A stretch of 64,000 nt of DNA from Lingula anatina (Eukaryota > Animalia > Brachiopoda). The stretch is from contig CM120645.1 of assembly GCA_051362555.1 (NCBI GenBank), forward strand, positions 12,896,001 through 12,960,000, given 5' to 3'. Below, piece after piece: positions 54,016 to 64,000 of this stretch. A program made the position numbers and the translations under genes. The notes below the pieces were generated by a model. That model saw only the letters and a program-made list of their open reading frames with translations, was not told the DNA's origin and did no database searches. The first letter of the stretch is position 1. Every line of letters begins with the position of its first letter.

Positions 54016-55877
54016 AAATTAAGAACTTACATTCACGCATAACTTACATGTGTGCATTTTAATGTTAAAACATCCCCCTTCAAACTATTAAATAAAGAAG
54101 TTAACAATCATTATATTATTGTGACCAAGGAGTGGTAAGAGGTGAATATTTTTAAAAAAATTTAACAACAGATGGATGATATATCTTTGCTCACTATCAT
54201 AAACTGAGACCAACAAAGAAGGTTCCGTTGAAATATCCAATGATTGCATCTCCCAGAATATCTTTCTCGTCATTGAGTAGAACATTTCCAGCAGAATAAT
54301 GTTGTATAATAATACATCCAAGAACCTAATGAAGCTGTGCCACAGAATTACATGGATAGTGAAGGATGGATGGTACATATATATATGGCGATGAAGGATC
54401 GAGTTCAATCTAAACGTGACAAATAATGTTTATGATATAATTGAGTTACATACTTTAAAAAGTTTTCTTTGTCATATTTGGGTAACCTATTTTTATCATT
54501 GTGCTTATGATGTGGGTTACGTCAAAAACATTCTTCGTCAAGTTCATATTGACCCCTTTCATCTTTATATATTATCTTATATCATCCACCACTTTTAGTT
54601 CTTGCACTTCTCAGACAGGTTCTGCTCCGTTAGTTCCCTTAATGTATTATATCCTGAATAAAAAATTTGGAAAAAAAACATCTTCATGTCACGCTTGCAT
54701 GTCCTCCAAGGCAAGAAAATCAAGCGGTTGACGGACGTCTTCAATTTGCTATTTTACCAAATACTTGTATATGTGGGCCTATGCAACATTTTGAACAATT
54801 CTGTATAATAATTAAACATAAACATGCTGAAATATATAATTTTATTATCAAATATAGTTCGTAGGGTTGATGTACTTTTAAAAAGAGATATCAAAACCCA
54901 AATCACAAAAGACGAGCAACCGACTGTGTATCATGATTAAGGAGGTAGGGGTAAATTTTGACGTGTAGGTGACCAATCTGAAGTCAAGGTGCGTATTATA
55001 TTATACCAAAAGAAGGTCAACAATAAAAGTTATTTTTATGTATCAAACTTGCCATTCAGATGAAGCATATTAAGTGCGTGAAATAAAATATGGGTCAGCT
55101 CTAAACGATTTTGAGTAAAATGGGCCTATTTTTCACGTTTTTATGAGACATGATGGTTAAACTGGTTTTATATTGTAATTTATGGATAGAAAAATAGAGA
55201 AATGCAATTTTCGAAGCCTTTGGTACGTCAAGAGGGGCAAATGCCACGAAACATATGCAAAAAAGATGCTAAAAATATGTAATTTTCAAATATCTTAAAC
55301 TTCAGAGGGTATGTACAGGGGGGTAAAGGGGTTTTAAAATTCTTTAAAAAGCACTGTTATATCTTTTAAGATTCATTACAAAATGTTCAGGGAAGTACAA
55401 AAAGTAAGCACTGTCCCCCCCCCCCCCCCCCCCATATTGCGCAGATTTAACTCAATAAGGAAGTACGTCGCATGCTTTTTACTTCAATGTGAACTCGATT
55501 CACATCCACTACGTACGCACACGGTAAATATACGTCTGTTGTAAATTAACAATTGAGATGGTGTGATGCTATTACAATATTTAAATCCACTGAAGGTACA
55601 AATTAAGACAAAAGAAAAAAACGGCTTACGCAAGGAAAAGTGTGAAAATAGTATGTGCTCTGACTGCTCTCAAAGAAAAGTACCTGTAAAGAACATTAAG
55701 CTGTTGCATTAAAATTTAAACTTTTTATCATCAACTTCTGCAATGTGAACAAACAACAGTGCGATATCTTCATATATTACAGGGCAGTGTCAACAGAGGT
55801 TGGTACCATTGTTATTCGTGTTTAGCTTTCCCCCCTAAGCAGCTTTGTTGTTAACACGGAGCTACACCGTGCTTGGT

Positions 55878-56160
55878 GTAAAATATAAAATGGGTCACTT
55901 CCTTGTTCACAAAACTCCGCAGATACGCACCTAGGCCTCGCCACACTTTTACAAGCCTTCCTTATCTTTTTAAGGTCATTCAACAGAGAGAAATTTGGCT
56001 ATAGGAGAACTAGGGTTAGTATAATACCGGTTACATGTACATGTGCTATATTCAGTTCATGTAAGGAGCAGAAAAGGGAAGATGTTCGGAAAGCATTGAT
56101 GTAGATTGATCAGGATTGAATCGTGTCTTTGATAGTGTATGAGTGCCTAGGCAGGTAAGT
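55878..56160 (+). promoter_or_regulatory. Putative promoter/5' UTR exon of gene F
   Basis: tataaaatgggtcacttccttg and donor cag|gtaagt at 56154. Confidence 0.5.
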
Positions 56161-57574
56161 GTAAATGTTTTGTACAGTAAGTGACATGTTCTATTTAGCC
56201 TGAACCGTATTTCTCTCAAATTTTACCGACGTTATAAGGCCTACGGTGTATGTACATGTATACTAATTAGAGACCGCGTCATTACGATTTGTCACCAGCC
56301 TACAGTACCTGTGGCAGAAGGGCGACACAACGATTAGATTGTCTTCTCTGGTGAGACATCTTAATAACACGACTTAAAGGCAGGGGGTGGAGATACCAGT
56401 ACAACCTAGGTTTATAAATTAAAGCCTTTTTACTGTGAGCGTTATGTCTTGTACCCGTTTTCAAATAGGGTAGTATACGGACTGGACCTGTTCAATTTAA
56501 TATATAGGTTCTAAATTGTATTTTCGGTACGGGTTTTTTTTTTTTTTTTTTTTTTTTACTCTCTTTCATCAGCCTACCCACAAGTTCAATTCCTACTGTT
56601 AAGGGGGAGGGGAATGGAGTTTAGGTGACTCTTATACGAAATAGACAAGCTATCAAATTGCTTAAAACATACTGGTACAGGTGAGTCGCTTTAAAAATGT
56701 CTTTGATTTGGCAGTGGTGGCTTTGAAAACAAATGACCATGGAGGACGAACACTCTTTGAAAAAGATCGGTCCGTCTGTTTGTTTTTTAAGTTTGTCTGT
56801 TACATGTAGCACTGTACAGGTCGCAGTTTTGATCAAATCACTTCCATTTTCCCTGAAGGGGTACAGTGTATCCAAACAAGTATGTGACAGGACGTTTTTG
56901 GGGTCATTCGGTGCATTTTCACGTGAGAAGTAGCAATAAGATGCTCTACTTCTGGAAGTGCAAAAGCTCTTGCTTGTTGCATTTTGTAGATCATGTCAAG
57001 CGCAACACTGATATGTGGCGTCCGTTTTTCCCCAAACGCTTTAGGAGATGCGCTATTTTAAAAAAGTATACGTCGCAATGTTCAGTGGTGAGCAATGGTG
57101 GAAATTATATCACCAGAACCGGCACATATATCCCCTGAGTACTATATTACACTGAATTTGAATAGGAACTCATATATTGACAATCCTACTGTGACCTTGA
57201 ATTTGACCTTTGACTTTCTTTTCACCATGGCCTGAACATTCCAGCCCTTATATTTCCAAAACTGGCAAAGGTACTACCATTATCACACATGTTACTTATC
57301 ACATTTATGCATACAATTACACTTGTATGATAGCAATACGAATAAGAAGTCACACATGAGCTTTTATTTAAGTATCTTCAAGATCACATCCGAATCCGCT
57401 TGTTTTTTCTGTCTTTTTATATTGCTCTTATTGTCGGTGGTTGTTTCATAAGTGTTTACACGTCAGTGTGATTTTTCATTTTATTGTTTATATGCCGTTT
57501 ATTAAATAATGTATTTACCTATTTATTCAGCTATTTATTTATTACATAAAGCTGTACATAGTAAGTGTTTGTTT

Positions 57575-57609
<35 letters not shown>

Positions 57610-57785
57610 TTTTTTTTTTGTAACGTGCTTAAAAATACGTGTTTCTTTGTTTATAACATTTATCCTTCGTTTTAGAAGACATTGTTAATTGATAATGAGA
57701 TAAATGATATTATCCAAGCATGGATCCTTGTTTTCCGCATCAAAATACATTTACTTGACATTTATTACAGGGAGAGGACAACGAG

Positions 57786-60700
57786 ATGATGGAAGGACTG
57801 TCGAGCATTTTAAGATCATCTCTGATATTTTGTTTACTTCGTGGATGGCAAGGAAGCCAAGCAAGTAAGTGGAACCAGGTACTTTGTACGTGTACGCCCT
57901 TTCTCCTCTCCCAACTCTACTCCCCCATCCCCCATCTCCCCAAAAAATAATTAAATAAATAAAATGCGCGACAGGAGACAAAAGAAGAACACATTCTCCA
58001 TTCGTGTGCCCTGCATATTTCAATAAGCATCCTTCTCTACTGAATTATGTGGTTTAGCAGATGCAAGGCGAACCACTCTTCATTCATTTCCCCGCCCCCT
58101 TTTACATCTCTCAAAATCCTGGATCATACAGTGCATGCGTTTACTTATTTCAAAAATTTAAGATTGTTGTCTTTTTGCATGGTAGTTACTATGTTGAGTT
58201 TGACTAAAAACCGTTGTCACCCAGAATTTCTCCTGGGAATCGAAGTGGTTTCGGCACCAGGATTTACGAAATAGTTTTCCCCGCCAATAAACGGGTTTTA
58301 TGTAACTATTTTCATTACGTTATGTTTGTGACTGGTGACTTTATTTATCTGCGATACTCTGTCTGCCGAACACTGGTGATTCTCAGATACTATAATTTCT
58401 AAAAGGCAATGCATACGCAAAAAATAGGATTAGATTGTACGTTTATCTTACCCAGTCACATAGATGACATAGTTTATATCGTTTACTTTTTTGTACACCC
58501 AGTAAAGCACTAAATGACGTTGAAAGCCTAAAGACATTACTTTCACAGGGTTATTCAACTTCTACCTTCGGGCCTGATTTTGAAAAACAAGAAAAATAGT
58601 CTACGTTGACATATTTCTTACATCTTTAAAAGTGGAAAATTCAAAATTGAAACCAATTATTCATCATTTTGAATTACAGGTTGTGTAGTGCCTAACGTTC
58701 CTCATTCGAGACGAACTCCAGCTGCTGTCCGTGTGAACAGTCACCAAAGTGTTATCTACACGTGTGTTACTCCTCCATATATCCATATATACGGTTCTCT
58801 TACAATTACGTGTACTGACAGAGAGGATGTGTTTGATAGGGAACCGCCAGTATGTGGATGTGAGTATTCCCATGTTGTGGATATTGTGCTGGAGATTACT
58901 ACTGAATAAAAAACAAAGGTTTTCTTTAATAATTTTTTTGAATATGATGTGGAATATTTTATCTACAATGCATTGTGTAGAACTGCATGTGGAAACCGTG
59001 AAGGCAACTAACTCTAACCTCAAACATATATATTTCTGAAAATCTTCTGTTTCAGTGCCAGAGTACGTGTTGTATGCATATGAAAATATAAGCATCAGCG
59101 GAGGCTTACAGAACAGTTATTGGCCATTATCCCGCTGTTTACAGGCCTGTAACGAAGACCCAGCATGTGAGGCGGTGGACTGGGATGGAAGGTGTTGGTT
59201 TCTTTACAGTTCTTCGTCGTGCAATGGATTAAGATTTGTAAGCAACGTTCGTCACTATCAAATGAAACAATGTCCTGGTAAGATGCAAATCGAAATGATT
59301 TTTTAGTTCACCATTTTATTAAGATATTTATTTATTTATTTATTTATTTATTTTATTTCATTAATTTTTCTTTTTGCATATTATCTCATGGAAGTGAATG
59401 GGAGGCCTAAGTAAAGTAAGTTAAAGTATTGAGAAAGTAAAAATGACGTCGGTGTGTCATAGAATACGGTCAATATCTATGAAATACACCCAACACCATT
59501 TAGAAATTACCTACTTACGTAATCACAAATACTCGTTAATAATCCAGCAGCTTCCTTTATTACCTAAGAAATTACCAAAGACTCGATTTGTTTCCATCAG
59601 GTAATCCCGCCTACAACTGCCCTTGCTCTACTGGAGGAACGTGTATAAGAACATACACCTCATGGACACAGATACCAGTATTTTCACAGGAGTGTGTGTG
59701 TAACCTGGGACGTAATGGTTACCAGTGTCTTGGTTGTAAGTGGGACTTTGGTTTTTATTGTTATTTGTCACACTACATAATTGAGATCGAATCCAAGCAT
59801 CGCCTGTACAAAAGGTGTGTCCATGTAGTTTATTTTATCGGCTACACGAATATGTGTCTGAAAATGTTACGCCTTAGATAGAAAAATGGTTGCAAACTAT
59901 TTATAAAAATCCTTACAACTGTTTCAAAATTAAACAGCATACACATGGACTACACGAATGGTCCCCTCTTGAAATTAGAATTTTGACTAGCTGAATCATA
60001 GTTATAAAATATACCAAATTCCACCGTTTGCCTTTTAAAATACCAAATAATTTCGGGGCCCTTCAGCGTGCCCCGAACCACACGCCAAGGGGAGGGGGGC
60101 GTCGGCTTCGCATAAGCGGACCCCCCTTCAAATAATCCTGGATCCGCCCTGAAAGATATCACTATTGCATTTATCATGAAGATCTTATAATACAAATGAA
60201 ATTAATAAATAATACATTAAATGTAAGGGGAAATCATCAATATAGTATAAGGTTCTTTGTGCAGCCAAGTGGTCACTATTGCGACTGATGGATTTCTTTA
60301 CAGACATGCACTTTGTTTTTAGTTGTGGAATGCACTGCTCCGACTTTTCCCAATGCAGCTCCCTCTCCAGTACCTGGAGGTTACAGATTTAATAGCACTG
60401 TTACCTATACTTGTAACAGTGGGTATCAACTCAGAGATGGTTCTGGTAACAGTTTCACACTGACTTGCGGTCCTCGAGGAACGTTTAAAGGGGAGAGAAA
60501 AAAATGCAACAGTAAGTCAAAAAGACATCAATGTTACAAAATAAGAACAGATTAATAATTCGAAATGAAATAGTCGCCTGCAGGTTGGCCCTTATTACGA
60601 TTATGCTTCTGGGGATAATTATTGTCGGTGTTATCAGGCTTTGAATATACTCAAGTGAAATGAAGATATTAAAAAATTACTCCACTTCCAGGAACCTGTG

Positions 60701-62759
60701 ACCTTCCTGTAAGTGATCACCTGAGACAGGTAACACAGCGTTCCGTTACCTTTGAAGGACAAACTGTCACATATACATGCGACACTGGCTTTCAGTTCAA
60801 CAAAACGTCAACAGTAAAAAACCTAACTTGTCAAGCCGATGGTACATTTGATCAGAGTTTGCCTAGCTGTGTTCCCATATCGTGTGCTTTTCCTACCAGT
60901 AAATTAAACTTGAAGGCAGTAGAAGGACCTTATGTTTACATGCAGAATGTGACATTTTCTTGCATTCCTGGATATCATTTCGCTGGTTATGACGTCGACG
61001 CGCCATTTACGTCACAATGCATTGCGGCTGAAACTCTGGAACCGCCAATACCTGACTGCATAAAAAGAACATGTACTTTACCTCATTTAAACAACACGGT
61101 GGCGAGGGCTGAAAGTAAGGGTCTATTCTTTATGACATCAGTTGAGTTCAAATGCAGACAGGGATTTCAATTCCCGGATGGTAATACCAGTGTAACCTTG
61201 ACGTGTGATGAAACTGGTGGATTTGGGGTGGATAATCTTAATTGTACAGGTAAGAGTTTAAACTGTGGATTTGGGGTGGATAATCTTAATTGTACAGGTA
61301 AGAGATTAAGGAATATTTATTAAGTATTTAAGTACTAGTACTTAGAGAATCAGAATAATGAGCGCCTTGTCCGCTTTTACAAAGCAGACTGAAGGATGTG
61401 TGATTCTGTGAAAAACTTATTACTTTTCTTAAATATTGTTTGCTGTGTGTAAAGTTACATAGCTCTTGGCGACTACGTACTATTAATACAGGTTTTGTGT
61501 GCAGAGATGGAAAGGTATTCTAAAAACTGATTAAAGAGTTGATTTATAAATACTTTCAATAGAAGTTTGTTAGTCGTGAATACTATTGGGAATTATTGTA
61601 ATATAGTTGACCTTTTTTCAGGCAATATTTACTTATAAAGAAACTTAGCTATCTAGTGGAGTATATAAAATAGTTAAAGCCTACCTAACTATTTCATTTT
61701 TATCATTCAGCGGCACTGCCTGAGGCTGGTAACCAAGCAGCATCCACAGGCCCTAACATTGGTGTCAGTGTCGGGGTGGGCGTAACTGGAGCGATAGTGC
61801 TGATATTACTTGTTGTTATAGTTGTTGTATTCGTCAAACGTAGACGGTAAGTGGCAGCAAACCATACTGAGATGTTTCATTTCACTTTTGTTAAAGGTAA
61901 TGATAGGACTGGGTCTCACCAATACCATATAACCATATAATTAAGACATTTCCTTTGATGTTTGACCTTTTATGCATTTGATGCACATTGATGATGTCAT
62001 TTAAATGTATTTATATCCGTCCTGATCTATAAATTCGGTTGTTAGATTTGTTTTTACTTAAATATTGATATTCTACTCATCGTTTGTTTTTAGCCGGCAG
62101 GCTCATAATGGGCACAGTTCTTACTTGAAGAGTTGCAGTGTCTATTTTTTATTCGATTGATACATTTATTTATCTATTTTGCCTTCAATGGATTAATTAG
62201 TAAATGGAACGTTTTTCGTTTCAGGAAACAGATGTCAAACTCACATGAAGATATCGATGTATCAAGCAACGGAAAGCTCAGCAGCACAATGTACACAACA
62301 TCCAATACTCATGTTGACACAAATCTGTACGAACTCGAGGGAGAATGTCCAATGGCAGGCCGGTATGATCAGTCAAATAATATGAGACAGAATTCTAATT
62401 ACGAAAACCAGGCCTCTGATTCACAGATGAACGTACAGGATCTATATGCCTTGCCTGACAAATCCAAAAAGACCAAAAAAGGCAAGAAGCAACAAAATAC
62501 TCCTGCAAGCTATCCAGACGATGCGTATGAATATGTCAGCAAACCTTCTGTCCAGGCTTCTTCCGTTTCAAGACAGGATTGTAGTAGCACCTATGAACTT
62601 GCAGGGCAGTTTCAAAATGGAGGCTATACCCAGTCTATCGATGATGTTGATGACGTGGAGTTTGTTGAAAACGATATTTATGAAGCAGGAGGCGTTGACA
62701 ACATGGGCCATACATGTGTTGAGTCAGTTGAAAACGACATTTATAATTCGTCAGTGTAA
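57786..62759 (+). CDS. Gene F: sushi-PAN-EGF-4x sushi-TM receptor with class II tail, ~677 aa
   Basis: Exons 57786-57864, 58680-58859, 59056-59277, 59601-59735, 60323-60511, 60692-61249 (alternative donor 61297), 61711-61846 and 62225-62759 (tail ..DLYALPDK..VENDIYE..VENDIYNSSV*). Frame is open. Confidence 0.87.
61217..61304 (+). repeat. 48-bp tandem duplication of the exon end and splice donor in gene F
   Basis: gtggatttggggtggataatcttaattgtacaggtaagag occurs twice, 48 nt apart. Confidence 0.9.
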
Positions 62760-63257
62760 TTTTATTTAAGAAAAATTGCGGACCTTTATGATTTATATTT
62801 TGGAAACCTGTTTATCTCAATGTTTGCGTTACTAGTAAGTTGGGACATAAATTTATGTTATATGGTGATTTGCTCCTCCATGCAAAATACTCTTCATAAT
62901 GCCCCTAAGTATTCATGTACTGGTAAAGGCTTAGGATCACTTGCTGATAAACTTATGGAAACCTACATTTAGTTCTTTGACCAAAGTTTGCTTACAATAG
63001 AAATCCAGTTTTACCAGCGATGATGTATATATGTGGAAACTTAATTAAATTCGGAACTACAAATGGAAATGTCCTTGTCCAGATATGGTTACTTTTGTAT
63101 AAAAATAAGGGCTTTTTAATCCCCTTTTGTGGCTTTCAACATCAAGGGATTCAGAATAATGGGTAACTATATAAAAACTGTATCACAGCTGAAAAGGGGT
63201 GCAGGTATATGTCATAACTATATACTACTGTATACTACTTCAGCGTTGTAATATTTA

Positions 63258-63425
63258 CAGGGGCGGATTTAGTCCGTCTTCTGGGTCTTCTTGAAGACGG
63301 TCAGATTTTCAAGTTTACATTGACGGATATCAAATTTTTTCTGTCGGAAGACGGTCAAAAATGGAGGATGGATTAACAAAGATAATTCGCAAGCCTGTCA
63401 GAAAATATCTCTGGATCCACCCCTG
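63258..63425. mobile_element. Short hAT-like MITE
   Basis: Termini caggggcggat / atccacccctg, and the body matches 35860-36000. Confidence 0.55.
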
Positions 63426-63792
63426 TATTTTGATATCATTTCTTTATATTAATATACATGTACTGTAAGTACGCCTATCACAGCTAAAAAGTGATGCAGC
63501 AATGTTATAACTAAGTACTATATTTACTTTCCGTCATGTCATTACATCTCATACTGTAGTAATAAAGCACATGGGCCCTAACTTGGTCGGCCGTGTACAT
63601 ATACACGTACTGTACAGGTATACAGTGTATGTAAACGGACCCCCTAAGTACCTTCAGTACCTGCTTTTATAAAAAGATATAGCAAACTAATAAGTGTAGG
63701 GGCCTATACCATACTTTGCATTTCATTTGTAAAGTCTACAGAACATATTTCATGAATTTTAGACTCTAAATAAACAAACGTGTGTCATTATT

Positions 63793-63825
<33 letters not shown>

Positions 63826-64000
63826 ATTCATATGTACCTGAAAATATGTTCATTACTGTATATCCATGGCATTGGGGAAAAAGTATGGATATAGATAGGT
63901 AAACATTAGTGCAAAAGACAAATATACAAATGTTGACTTGATGTAAATTAAATCATATATTTGTTACCCGTAGGCTTATTTTAGCACGTTGTAACTTTTC

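Overview
AT-rich, intron-containing animal (invertebrate; probably lophotrochozoan, inferred) genomic DNA. It holds a tandem cluster of six paralogous spliced genes, here A-F: A(-) 4794-16433, B(+) 22577-28116, C(-) 29810-37523, D(+) 40822-45808, E(+) 49550-54015 and F(+) 57786-62759. Each encodes a single-pass type I receptor: signal peptide - sushi/CCP - PAN/apple - EGF - 2 to 4 further sushi/CCP - TM - tyrosine-motif tail. The paralogs combine two ectodomain lengths, two TM types and two unrelated cytoplasmic tail classes. Variation is concentrated in PAN and EGF loops, and the copies are recombination mosaics, as expected for a diversifying paired immune or allorecognition receptor family (function inferred). 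B, C, E and F look intact. D has a stop and a frameshift, and A is hit by three insertions. Many DNA transposons, MITEs and LINE fragments are present, including a Tc1-like element carrying a BEN-domain exon. Exon coordinates were read by eye from GT-AG sites and paralog alignment.
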